Below, piece by piece: positions 48,442-57,093 of a DNA stretch of 63,418 bases. The notes beneath the pieces were generated by a model, which was given only the letters and a program-made list of their open reading frames with translations, searched no databases and was not told the DNA's origin. Numbering within the stretch: position 1 is the first letter of the stretch; the number at the start of each line of letters is the position of its first letter. Both the position numbers and the translations under genes were made by a program. The DNA lies in NCBI GenBank assembly GCA_002477805.1, contig DLKQ01000022.1, positions 1-63,418 of the forward strand, in the 5' to 3' direction. Source of the DNA: Christensenella sp. UBA7584. GTDB taxonomy: Bacteria > Bacillota > Clostridia > Christensenellales > UBA1242.

Positions 48442-48726
48442 ATGATAAGTAAATTTCAACTAGGTCAGATTGTATGTTCTTTGCAAGGCAGAGATAAAGG
48501 GCAATATTATATAGTTTTAGACAAGGACAAAAACCGCGTGTTTGTGGTAGATGGTCAAACAAAAAAACTAGATAATCCTAAAAAGAAAAATCCTGCACAT
48601 ATCAAGGCAACTTCGGTTATAATAACTGAGATTGCGAAAAAACTGAAAAATAACATAAAAATTAATGACCAAATGATTTATCATTCAATATACGAATATA
48701 AAAAAGGTTTAAAAGGGAGAAAATAA
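48442..48726 (+). CDS. KOW-domain RNA-binding protein (L14E/L27E-like), typical map-infA spacer gene of Clostridia
   Basis: 94 aa. LGQIVCSLQGRDKGQYYIVLD KOW motif. Confidence 0.8.
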   Translation: MISKFQLGQIVCSLQGRDKGQYYIVLDKDKNRVFVVDGQTKKLDNPKKKNPAHIKATSVIITEIAKKLKNNIKINDQMIYHSIYEYKKGLKGRK

Positions 48727-48977
48727 TGGCAACAGAGGAAGCAATCAAAGCAGAAGGAGAAGTTATTGAAAGTTTGCGCAACGCAATGTTTAAAGTTCGT
48801 TTGCCAAATGGACACATAGTTACAGCTTATCCTGCGGGGAAGTTGACACTAGGACGAATTCGAATTTTTGTTGGAGATAAAGTTACTTTGGAAATGTCGC
48901 CCTATGACCTAACAAGAGGTCGGATAGTGTGGAGAACAAATAATATGCCACATAAAAACAATAATGGAGAAGCTTAA
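48726..48977 (+). CDS. infA: Translation initiation factor IF-1
   Basis: 83 aa. EGEVIESLRNAMFKVRLPNGH...LEMSPYDLTRGRIVWR, plus an 11-aa tail. Confidence 0.96.
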   Translation: MATEEAIKAEGEVIESLRNAMFKVRLPNGHIVTAYPAGKLTLGRIRIFVGDKVTLEMSPYDLTRGRIVWRTNNMPHKNNNGEA

Positions 48978-49000
48978 ATAAAATTTAAGGAGAAAGGAAA

Positions 49001-49117
49001 ATGAAAGTTAGACCATCAGTAAAACCTATGTGTGATAAATGCAAAGTTATTCGCCGTAATGGAAAAGTTATGGTTATCTGTTCAAAAAGTAAAAAACACA
49101 AACAGGTGCAAGGATAG
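49001..49117 (+). CDS. rpmJ: 50S ribosomal protein L36
   Basis: 38 aa, read by hand (below the track cutoff). [53 protein letters not shown]. Confidence 0.93.
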   Translation: MKVRPSVKPMCDKCKVIRRNGKVMVICSKSKKHKQVQG

Positions 49118-49120
49118 TAT

Positions 49121-49147
49121 CTTCAAAACAATTTGCTTGTTTTGAAG
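49121..49147 (+). promoter_or_regulatory. 10-bp stem-loop between rpmJ and rpsM (processing site or partial attenuator)
   Basis: CTTCAAAACA-ATTTGCT-TGTTTTGAAG. A T-rich tract follows only after 8 nt. Confidence 0.4.
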
Positions 49148-49265
49148 GCTATTATTCTTATTTTTAATAATTAAATTTGAAAATAATCGTGTGTGGGCGG
49201 CTGAATTTTTCCACAGCGTTTATATATATCTGATACATAAAACAAAATTATATTTGGAGGAATAA

Positions 49266-49655
49266 ATGGCTCGTATAGCAGGTGTAGACTTACCAAAAGA
49301 GAAAAGAGTAGAGATAGGTTTAACTTATATCTACGGTATTGGAAGAAAAAAGTCTAATGAAATATTAGCTGGAACTGGAATCAATCCAGATATTCGTGTG
49401 AAAGATTTATCTGAAAACGACGTAGCTAAGATTCGTGAATTTATAGAAAAAAATGAAATTATGGTTGAGGGTGACCTTCGAAGAGAAGTTAACCTTAACA
49501 TAAAACGCTTGATGGAGATTGGTTGCAATCGTGGAATTCGCCATCGTCGTAATTTGCCTGTCCACGGACAGAGAACTAAAACTAATGCTAGAACTCGTAA
49601 AGGTCCAAGAAAGACTGTTTCAAGAGGAAAAGCTAAAGTTGGTAAGAAAGGTTAA
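49266..49655 (+). CDS. rpsM: 30S ribosomal protein S13
   Basis: 129 aa. [26 protein letters not shown]. Confidence 0.97.
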   Translation: MARIAGVDLPKEKRVEIGLTYIYGIGRKKSNEILAGTGINPDIRVKDLSENDVAKIREFIEKNEIMVEGDLRREVNLNIKRLMEIGCNRGIRHRRNLPVHGQRTKTNARTRKGPRKTVSRGKAKVGKKG

Positions 49656-49677
49656 TAAGGGGAGGAAATAAAAGGAA

Positions 49678-50058
49678 ATGGCTATTGTAAAGAAAAAAAG
49701 AAATGCAAAAAATTTAGCAACAGGTGCTGTTCATATTAAAAGTTCTTTTAACAATAATATAGTAACAATTACCGATGCAAATGGCGATGTTATTTCTTGG
49801 TCTAGTTCGGGTTCTCTTAATTTTAGAGGAAACAAGAAAGACACCCCTTATGCAGCTCAGTTAGTTGCAGAAACAGCTGGAAAAAAAGCAAAAGATATGG
49901 GATTATGTCAAGTTGCTGTTTATGTTAAAGGTGCTGGTGCTGGTCGTGAGGCTGCAATTCGTGCACTTCAAAACACTGGACTTGAGGTAACCTCAATCAA
50001 AGATGTTTCCGGAATACCATTTAATGGTTGCCGACCATCTAAAAAGAGAAGGATGTAA
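49678..50058 (+). CDS. rpsK: 30S ribosomal protein S11
   Basis: 126 aa. [15 protein letters not shown]...TPYAAQ...[12 protein letters not shown]. Confidence 0.97.
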   Translation: MAIVKKKRNAKNLATGAVHIKSSFNNNIVTITDANGDVISWSSSGSLNFRGNKKDTPYAAQLVAETAGKKAKDMGLCQVAVYVKGAGAGREAAIRALQNTGLEVTSIKDVSGIPFNGCRPSKKRRM

Positions 50059-50070
50059 AGGAGAAAGATT

Positions 50071-50700
50071 ATGGCTAAATATTGTGGAGCAGATTGTAGA
50101 TTATGCCGACGTGAAGGCTGTAAACTATTCTTAAAGGGCGACCGTTGTGTAACTGGAAAATGCGCAATAGAAAGGCGTCCGACAATTCCTGGTGAACACG
50201 GTGATGCAAATGCACGCCGTAAGCCAGCTACAGGATATGTTTTACAACTTCGCGAGAAGCAAAAAGTTAAAAGAGCTTATGGGCTTTTAGAAAAACAATT
50301 TAAAGAATATTACTTTGAAGGTAAGCGTCAAAAGGGTGCTACCGGTGAAGTTATGTTGTCTTTATTGGAAAGAAGATTAGACAATGTTGTATATCGTTTA
50401 GGCTTTGGGGTTTCCAGAGCACAATGTCGTCAAATCGTGAACCACGGACACATCACAGTAAACGGAAAGAAAGTTGATATTCCATCATACCAAGTTAAAG
50501 TAGGAGATGTGATTGCTATTCGTGAAAGTGATCACGATACAGAACTCTTTAAAGATTTGAAGAAAAACAAAACTGTAACACCAAAATGGTTACAACTTGA
50601 TTCTTCAAATATGAGTGGTAAAGTGATTGCTGTTCCTGACCGAAGTGATATAGACCTCAACATTGCAGAACACTTGATCATTGAGTTGTATTCAAGATAA
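50071..50700 (+). CDS. rpsD: 30S ribosomal protein S4 (zinc-finger form)
   Basis: 209 aa. [24 protein letters not shown]4 domain [11 protein letters not shown]. Confidence 0.97.
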   Translation: MAKYCGADCRLCRREGCKLFLKGDRCVTGKCAIERRPTIPGEHGDANARRKPATGYVLQLREKQKVKRAYGLLEKQFKEYYFEGKRQKGATGEVMLSLLERRLDNVVYRLGFGVSRAQCRQIVNHGHITVNGKKVDIPSYQVKVGDVIAIRESDHDTELFKDLKKNKTVTPKWLQLDSSNMSGKVIAVPDRSDIDLNIAEHLIIELYSR

Positions 50701-50720
50701 TAGGTTAGGAGGAATTTATT

Positions 50721-51674
50721 ATGATGCAAATAAACAAACCAAATTTAACATATAAAGAAGAACAAAATGGTGCAGTTACAACATTTGTAATCGAGCCAAT
50801 GGAAAAGGGGTTTGGTACAACAATAGGAAATGCTATGCGTAGAGTACTACTTGGCGGACTTCCAGGTGCAGCTCCTATTGCAGTAAGAATTGCTGGTGTT
50901 CAGCACGAGTTTTCAACAATACCAGGTGTTGCTGAAGATGTTGCTGATATTATTCTTAACCTTAAATCTTTGATTGTTAAAACAACAAACACAGACCCAA
51001 GCTTCAGAACAACAGTATATCTTAAGAGCAAAGAGCCTGGTGTCCTTTATGCAAAAGATATTATTGTAAATGATGAAGTTGAAATTATAAATCAAGATCT
51101 TCCAATATGCACACTTGCGAAAGGTGCAGTTGTAGATATGGAGATTATTATTGGTCGTGGAAGAGGTTATGTTCTTGCAAAAGAAAACAAAGGCTCTGTT
51201 GATAGTATTGGATTTATTGCTATGGATTCAATATTTACACCAGTTAAAAAAGTTAGATACTCTGTGGAAAACGCTCGTGTGGGACAAGATATCAACTATG
51301 ACAAACTTACAATGGAGGTGACAACAAACGGTGCAATTTCTGCTAAAGAAGTTGTTAGTTTGGCTGCTAAAATTGTAAACGACCATATGAAAATGTTTAT
51401 TTCACTTGTTGAGACAATGGAAAATACCGAGATTCTTGTTGCAAGACAGGAAGACAAACAACAAAAAGTTCTTGAAATGTCAATTAACGACTTGGAACTT
51501 TCGGTAAGAAGTACAAACTGTTTAAAGCGTTCTAATATTCTAACTGTAGAAGACTTGGTTCGAAAAACAGACCGTGAACTTGGAAAAGTTCGTAATTTAG
51601 GACAAAAATCTTTAGAAGAAGTTAAAAACAAGCTTGTTGAACTTGGATTAACTTTAAAAAGTGAAGACGAATAG
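50721..51674 (+). CDS. rpoA: DNA-directed RNA polymerase alpha subunit
   Basis: 317 aa. GTTIGNAMRRVLL, and alpha-CTD LELSVRSTNCLKRSNILTVEDL. Confidence 0.97.
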   Translation: MMQINKPNLTYKEEQNGAVTTFVIEPMEKGFGTTIGNAMRRVLLGGLPGAAPIAVRIAGVQHEFSTIPGVAEDVADIILNLKSLIVKTTNTDPSFRTTVYLKSKEPGVLYAKDIIVNDEVEIINQDLPICTLAKGAVVDMEIIIGRGRGYVLAKENKGSVDSIGFIAMDSIFTPVKKVRYSVENARVGQDINYDKLTMEVTTNGAISAKEVVSLAAKIVNDHMKMFISLVETMENTEILVARQEDKQQKVLEMSINDLELSVRSTNCLKRSNILTVEDLVRKTDRELGKVRNLGQKSLEEVKNKLVELGLTLKSEDE

Positions 51675-51687
51675 AAGGAGATAAAAG

Positions 51688-52200
51688 ATGGCAGGTTATA
51701 ACAAATTAGGAAAGAGAGCATCTATCCGTGATGCCATTATTTGTCGTCAAGTTACAGATTTGCTTTGGTATGGAAAAGTTGAAACTACCTATGCTCGTGC
51801 AAAGGCGGTTCAAAGAGTTGCTGAAAAGATAATTACTTTGGCGGTTAATACATATCAGGATACTGTAACAGTAACAAAAACAGTTACAGATGACAAAGGG
51901 GTTAAAAGCAAAAAAGAAGTTATCAACGATGGACCTAAGAAATTAAATGCTCGTCGTAAAATTATGGCTCAGGTTTATGATATTCAAGAACAAAGAGCTG
52001 AAAAAGAATCAAAGTCAGCATTTATTGCAAGAACAGAGGGAATTTATCATCCATTACTTGAAAAGATTTTTAATGTGTATGGACCTCGTTATGCAAACAG
52101 AAAAGAAGAAACAGGCCAGGGTGGTGGATACACACGCGTTGTTAAAGTTGGATCACGTCGCGGTGATGCTGCTGAAGTTGCTATTATTCAGTTGGTATAA
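51688..52200 (+). CDS. rplQ: 50S ribosomal protein L17 (with ~45-aa internal insertion)
   Basis: 170 aa. The ETTYARAKAVQRVAEKIITLA and GGGYTRVVKVGSRRGDAAEVAIIQLV blocks are separated by an extra segment. Confidence 0.95.
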   Translation: MAGYNKLGKRASIRDAIICRQVTDLLWYGKVETTYARAKAVQRVAEKIITLAVNTYQDTVTVTKTVTDDKGVKSKKEVINDGPKKLNARRKIMAQVYDIQEQRAEKESKSAFIARTEGIYHPLLEKIFNVYGPRYANRKEETGQGGGYTRVVKVGSRRGDAAEVAIIQLV

Positions 52201-52218
52201 TTTTTGATATATAAACGC

Positions 52219-52248
52219 AAAAAAGGAACTAATTATAGTTCTTTTTTT
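52219..52248 (+). terminator. Terminator of the ribosomal supercluster
   Basis: AAAAGGAACT-AATTAT-AGTTCTTTTT with one G-T pair, then a T run. Confidence 0.65.
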
Positions 52249-52553
52249 ATTATAGTATAACAATAAATAGTGAAACGAAATCAGTAGGTGGCATTCAAAA
52301 TAAAAAACTTAGGAATATATTAGATTATTCATACTTGTTAATCTTTTTGTGTTGTAGAACTTTAATTTAATCTTCTATAAGCAATTTTCTACTAGTTGTA
52401 AATATCTTATGGTATGATTTCTATAGGAGATTAAAATTAAAATTTTTTATTTTTGCACCTTAAAAATTGGGGCCATTTCAATAGTTGTGGGTCAAATTTC
52501 ACATATTAAAACATAAAAATAATGCCTTTTTAAAAATTTTTTCAGCAAAACTT

Positions 52554-52582
52554 AGAAAAATTTAGTAATTTTATGTTATAAT
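52554..52582 (+). promoter_or_regulatory. Promoter of the HAD hydrolase gene
   Basis: Weak -35 (AGAAAA), 17 nt, TGT-TATAAT extended -10. Confidence 0.4.
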
Positions 52583-52614
52583 AAGCTTATAATAAAAAAG
52601 GATATTACAAAATT

Positions 52615-53223
52615 ATGCGTAAAATTAAAGTTGTTGTTTTTGATTTTGATGATACTTTATATAAAGCAAACGATTGTTCTAAACTGTGGAATGAATATTG
52701 TAAAATAGGTCTTAGATATATGTTTAGAGAGTTAACTGATGCTCAATTTGACGAATTACTCAAAAAAGAGAACATTCAGATTGTAAGAAATAATACACTA
52801 ATTAAGGTGCTACAAAAATATAACAAAAATATACAAGATTGGCTTGATTATCGTGCTTGTCATAATTGTGAAATAGATTTTAGTCAGATTAAAAAGATTT
52901 CAAATGATGAACTTAAAAAATTTGCTTCTCGCTATACACTTTATATTGTCTCCAACAATGTTCCTACGGGGATTAAATTTATTTCAAAAAAGACTGGGTT
53001 AGATTTAAGTATTTTTAAAGAAATAATTACAAATGATTATAAAAATGATATAGGGAAAAAGCAATTTTACGAATATATTATTAAGAAAGAAAAAATAAAG
53101 CCAAATGAACTTTTTGTGATAGGTGATGATTATTCTACGGACATATTGCCAGCAAAAGAAATAGGTGCAGAATATGCTCTAGTTAATTCCTGTGATTTTT
53201 CTGTTAGAAGTTTGGGGCTTTAA
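52615..53223 (+). CDS. HAD family hydrolase
   Basis: 202 aa. Motif I VVFDFDDTLY, motif II IVSNN and motif IV GDDYSTDI. Confidence 0.85.
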   Translation: MRKIKVVVFDFDDTLYKANDCSKLWNEYCKIGLRYMFRELTDAQFDELLKKENIQIVRNNTLIKVLQKYNKNIQDWLDYRACHNCEIDFSQIKKISNDELKKFASRYTLYIVSNNVPTGIKFISKKTGLDLSIFKEIITNDYKNDIGKKQFYEYIIKKEKIKPNELFVIGDDYSTDILPAKEIGAEYALVNSCDFSVRSLGL

Positions 53224-53441
53224 TTCTTTTGCTTGGTTTTAGTTTAAATTTGTAATTATTGTAATACTTATTAGCTTTACTCATAATGGTGTTATGTAAA
53301 AATATAATTTTAGAAATTTGCTAAAATCTGTATACATAAAATAAAATTAGTAAGTTGTTCACGATTATTTTTTGTATAATATTGCTATTTTATTTATAAT
53401 ATGTTACAATTTTATAATACAATAATTAAAAGGAGAAAATT

Positions 53442-53981
53442 ATGTCAAAAATTAAAAGAAGTTTACAACTTTCTGCAGCTATCGTAAGTATAGTTTTTGG
53501 AGGTATTCTTGCTATTTCTGGTATCTACACAGCATACTTGCTTGCTTCATATGGTACTTATGGTGATTTTCCAGTTGGTTTGTATATCGCTGTTTCTGTA
53601 ATGATAGTTTTATTTGCAGTTGCTATGATAGTTGTTTGTTCGCTAATGTGCCCAGATCCAAATAAAAAGGAAAATCCAACAAATTATACAGGACTTACAA
53701 TTACTGGGTTAGTACTTAATGCTTTACTTGTATTTTTGTACATTTTGTCTGGTGACTTTTTAATTATGCTTTTGCCACTTGTAAGTGTGGGATTATTTAT
53801 TGCTACTCTTTGTGTTAAAGATATGCCACAAGTACAAACTGAAGTTAAAGAAGAAGTTAAGAAGCAAGAAAAATCAGAATCATCAAATAATAAAATTGAT
53901 TCAATTCGTAAATTGCACGAAGATGGAATTATAAATGAAGATGAAATGAAATCATTAATTATAAAGGAATTAGAAAAATAA
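53442..53981 (+). CDS. Membrane protein with a C-terminal SHOCT domain
   Basis: 179 aa, AGGAGA RBS, four TM helices. The C-terminus IDSIRKLHEDGIINEDEMKSLIIKEL fits the SHOCT pattern. Confidence 0.75.
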   Translation: MSKIKRSLQLSAAIVSIVFGGILAISGIYTAYLLASYGTYGDFPVGLYIAVSVMIVLFAVAMIVVCSLMCPDPNKKENPTNYTGLTITGLVLNALLVFLYILSGDFLIMLLPLVSVGLFIATLCVKDMPQVQTEVKEEVKKQEKSESSNNKIDSIRKLHEDGIINEDEMKSLIIKELEK

Positions 53982-53986
53982 CTACT

Positions 53987-54014
53987 AAAAATACTACTTT
54001 ACAGTAGTATTTTT
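53987..54014 (+). terminator. Intrinsic terminator after the SHOCT gene
   Basis: AAAATACTACT-TTAC-AGTAGTATTTT. Confidence 0.7.
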
Positions 54015-54203
54015 AGTTTATATATTACTTTTTTCTTTCAATCAACACTAAAAATTAATTGGAAACCAACATCTTATGGTACTAAAATAAAGGATAAAAA
54101 ATAATGTATATACATTGAAGAATAAAAACAATGAATTTGAAAATATGAAGGACTTTCTTGATTGGAAATAAATCTATCAAAATTTACCGTATTTCTTATT
54201 ACA

Positions 54204-54746
54204 TTATCTATCACATAATTCTAGAACCTTTTTTATTGTATTGGCAGTTCTAATCGTAACAGAACCTTTTATTGAAGAACTTGATGTTTTTATCCGCCAA
54301 TTTGCCTTTGTGTAACTTTTTAAATCAAATGACCAAAAAATAAAATTTTTGTCTTTTTCTATTTTTTCAATGTTAATGCTTGGCTTTCCAATATTTTTAT
54401 ATATTTCATCGTATGTTGATGGGGGGATTATAAATATTAAATTGTCATAAATGTCTTTCTTGCCCTTATTCCACCAAGTAGGGTTGTGATTAAAAACATC
54501 TTGAAGCTCTGCTTTAGTGATAACTAATACAGGTACTAAAAGATTAAATTTCTTTCTTATGATTGCAGATATATGTTGCATTAAGCTTTGTTTATCGCTA
54601 TCACTTTCAAAAATAACATTTCCACTATTAAGACAGGTGGAAACATTTTTGTAATTGTATTCTTGTAGTGCTTTTTTTAGTTCTGTCATTGAGATTTTAT
54701 TTTTTCCACTTACATTTATTCCACGAAGTAGTGCTATATATTTCAT
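54204..54746 (-). CDS. DUF1697 family protein
   Basis: 180 aa. MKYIALLRGINVSGKNKISMTELKKAL N-terminus typical of DUF1697. Confidence 0.85.
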   Translation of the reverse strand: MKYIALLRGINVSGKNKISMTELKKALQEYNYKNVSTCLNSGNVIFESDSDKQSLMQHISAIIRKKFNLLVPVLVITKAELQDVFNHNPTWWNKGKKDIYDNLIFIIPPSTYDEIYKNIGKPSINIEKIEKDKNFIFWSFDLKSYTKANWRIKTSSSSIKGSVTIRTANTIKKVLELCDR

Positions 54747-54761
54747 TAAAAATATTCCTTT

Positions 54762-54971
54762 TTATATAACTATTTTCTTAAATAAGATTATTTTTTCTTT
54801 TAAAGATATTTTTATAGCATCGTAGCCAAAATTATTTAGCTCTTTTTTAAATCGTAAAAATGAATGGTCAATTTTAAATCCGCAAATGTTTTCAATCTCA
54901 CAAAAACTTAATGAAAGCTCATTTTTATTTGAATTTTTTATGTAAATCCACAATTTTTCATATTTACTCAT
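54762..54971 (-). CDS. Small hypothetical protein
   Basis: 69-aa ORF directly upstream of, and co-oriented with, the DUF1697 gene. MSKYEKLWIYIKNSNKNELSLSFCEIENICGFKIDHSF. Confidence 0.6.
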   Translation of the reverse strand: MSKYEKLWIYIKNSNKNELSLSFCEIENICGFKIDHSFLRFKKELNNFGYDAIKISLKEKIILFKKIVI

Positions 54972-55103
54972 TTTTATCCTCTTGTATTGTTATTTCACTA
55001 TAAACATTTTTTAATTTATTAACTAGGTCATTTCGTTTTATGTTTCTTTAAAGTTTTTGAAACAAATATCTATTTCACTTAATTTACACGTATGAAAATC
55101 TTT

Positions 55104-55127
55104 TATAAAAAACCCACTAGGGTTTTC
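55104..55127 (-). terminator. Terminator of tRNA-Glu
   Basis: On the minus strand: AAAACCC-TAGT-GGGTTTT followed by TT. Confidence 0.7.
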
Positions 55128-55172
55128 CTAATGGGCAAACTTTGATAAATACTATTCTGTTTTGCAGTAAAA

Positions 55173-55247
55173 TGGTGACCCCAACGGGATTCGAACCCGT
55201 ATGTCCAACGTGAGAGGCTGGTGTACTAACCATTATACTATGGGGCC
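55173..55247 (-). tRNA. tRNA-Glu (anticodon CUC), CCA encoded
   Basis: Hand-folded 75-nt cloverleaf. Acceptor GGCCCCA/TGGGGTC, D arm GTAT-AATGGTTA-GTAC, anticodon arm CCAGC-CTCTCAC-GTTGG, 4-nt variable loop, T arm ACGGG-TTCGAAT-CCCGT, then A-CCA. Confidence 0.9.
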
Positions 55248-55259
55248 ATTCACAAATAT

Positions 55260-55288
55260 AGTATAACATAATTTCTTAGATTTTTCAA
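55260..55288 (-). promoter_or_regulatory. Promoter of tRNA-Glu
   Basis: On the minus strand: TTGAAA, 17 nt, TGT-TATACT, ending about 12 nt before the tRNA 5' end. Confidence 0.6.
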
Positions 55289-55435
55289 GCATTTTTATTA
55301 ATATTCACAATTTTTATTTAGAGTACAAAGTAAAACCTATTTTCATCTTGATTTTCGCATTAGTTTTTGATATAATAAAAACAATAAAATATTAAAAATA
55401 GGGAAAAGATTTTCAGAAAGAGGAAAAAGCAATAG

Positions 55436-57049
55436 ATGTTCGCTCATTTTAGACCAGTATTTGTCGCGTTTTTAAATTTAGCTTTAGGAATTTGGTTTGC
55501 TGAACTTTTTAGACAAGGTAAGATAGTTTATTTTATAGTTTTTGTTTCTATTTTAAGTTTGGTTATACTATTGTCATTTTTTCACTTTTTTCTTAAAACA
55601 AAATTTTTTGATTACTTATGGAAAACACTCTGTGTAACTATTACCGCTTTAATTTCATTTTTAATTGGTTTTGGAATGTTTATTGGTTTATATAATAAAA
55701 TTTCAAGTGAAAAACGAGCTGATATAAATTCTTCAAGTTTCTATTCAATTGCTGGTGAACTTAGATTTTCACCAATCAAATATGAAGATAGAGTGACTAT
55801 GTTTATTGACGATGTGATTCTAACTGATAGTGGAGAAGAAGTTTTCAACCTTGAATCAGGTATGTATATTTCAATAAAACTTGAAGATTTATCTGAAGAT
55901 TCAGATGTTTTTACAGCAAAAGCTGGTGATGTAATTCTTCTTTCGTCAAAAGTAAGAAAAATAAATGTGTTTTCAAAAGATGAAATTTATACATATGCTT
56001 ATAAAAACGATTACAGATATTTTGCGAATAGTTGTGATGGTAGAATAGATGTAATAGAGGGTACTCAGAGTGGTATTGACAGTGTGCGACAGTATATCAA
56101 GGATATATTTTACAAAAGTATGTCAGATAGGTATGCGGGACTGGCGTATGCGTTATTTGTCGGTGATGTTAGTGGTATTGACTATGATATGCAGAACAAT
56201 TTTGAGATAACAGGTATTGCTCACTTGCTTGCTGTATCTGGTTTGAATACAGCTCTTATGGCAATGGTTCTTGTTTGGATTTTTCGTAAAATTGGTGTTA
56301 AGCCTAAATACAGTGTTATCATTGTTGCACTCATTCTTGGATTTTATTGTATTTTATGTGATTTTGCACCCTCAGTATTAAGAGCGAGCTTAATGTCTGT
56401 GTTCCTTTTGTTTGGTCAAAGTGTTGGAAAACAAACGGATAATTTAACCAGTGTATCGCTGGCGGGAATAATCCTGCTCATTATAAGTCCAATGTACCTG
56501 TTTGATTTATCCTTTCTTTTAAGTTTTGCGAGTGTGTTTGGAATCTTTTTCTTATATCCTATATTTGAAAAGATGTTTCTAAAATTAAAACTAGGTAAAT
56601 TTGTGAGTTCAAACTTAGCATTAAGTTTAGCTGCACAGGTAGCAACACTGCCATTACTTATTAACACTTTTGGAAAAGTTTCGGTAATCTCACTACTTGT
56701 TAATTTGATTATAGTGCCTTTTGTGGGGTATGTTTATATTGCTATGTTTGTTTCACTTATGATAATTATGATAATGCCGTTTATGTGGTGGCTTTTGTGG
56801 CTTTGCCAATGGGGACTGTGGCTGGTCGATGTGGTTAGCACTTGGTTCGCAACTTGGCCATATGCAATGGTGGAAGTTCAGGCTATAGCAACATTGGTTT
56901 TAGTTGTATACTTTATTGCTCTTTTCTGTTTTAGCAGATTTTGTATCGTATCAAAAAGAGGATATAGAATTTCCGTAAATTGCTCAATAGCGGTTGTAGT
57001 TGTTTTACTTCTGATTTTAAATTATACAGTTTTTCCTCTTTTAATGTAG
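55436..57049 (+). CDS. comEC: ComEC/Rec2 family competence channel protein, short form without a C-terminal MBL domain
   Basis: 537 aa. N-terminal TM plus OB-like region (DUF4131-type) and the competence-domain motif ITGIAHLLAVSGLN. Many TM helices. Confidence 0.85.
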   Translation: MFAHFRPVFVAFLNLALGIWFAELFRQGKIVYFIVFVSILSLVILLSFFHFFLKTKFFDYLWKTLCVTITALISFLIGFGMFIGLYNKISSEKRADINSSSFYSIAGELRFSPIKYEDRVTMFIDDVILTDSGEEVFNLESGMYISIKLEDLSEDSDVFTAKAGDVILLSSKVRKINVFSKDEIYTYAYKNDYRYFANSCDGRIDVIEGTQSGIDSVRQYIKDIFYKSMSDRYAGLAYALFVGDVSGIDYDMQNNFEITGIAHLLAVSGLNTALMAMVLVWIFRKIGVKPKYSVIIVALILGFYCILCDFAPSVLRASLMSVFLLFGQSVGKQTDNLTSVSLAGIILLIISPMYLFDLSFLLSFASVFGIFFLYPIFEKMFLKLKLGKFVSSNLALSLAAQVATLPLLINTFGKVSVISLLVNLIIVPFVGYVYIAMFVSLMIIMIMPFMWWLLWLCQWGLWLVDVVSTWFATWPYAMVEVQAIATLVLVVYFIALFCFSRFCIVSKRGYRISVNCSIAVVVVLLLILNYTVFPLLM

Positions 57050-57093
57050 ACAAAAGTATATTATTATGGTATTATAAAAAAGAGGAGTTAGTT

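Noticed and set aside
36600-51721. Numerous minus-strand ORFs of 60-160 aa inside the ribosomal supercluster (for example 37858-38217, 39533-39904, 41038-41331, 44113-44592, 45035-45490, 51296-51721)
   Set aside because: They are antisense shadows of highly conserved + strand genes. They lack an RBS and have low-complexity or Cys/Phe/Ser-rich translations.
52468-52477. 10-mer TGGGGCCATT also present at 55241-55250 (the 5' end of tRNA-Glu plus flank), which would bracket the accessory islet as direct repeats
   Set aside because: Only 10 bp match and the flanking similarity is weak. The repeat involves the 5' end of the tRNA rather than the 3' end, and no recombinase is present. This is insufficient to call att sites.
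1914-57093. N-terminal extensions of many track ORFs (1914, 5865, 12231, 12874, 13391, 20419, 21797, 26491, 29538, 35794, 37729, 39260, 41411, 46834, 47498, 56980, and minus-strand 17096 and 26441)
   Set aside because: The track reports the longest ORF. In each case an internal ATG or GTG with a proper GGAGG-type RBS, or a promoter lying within the extension, together with family-typical N-termini, supports a shorter gene.
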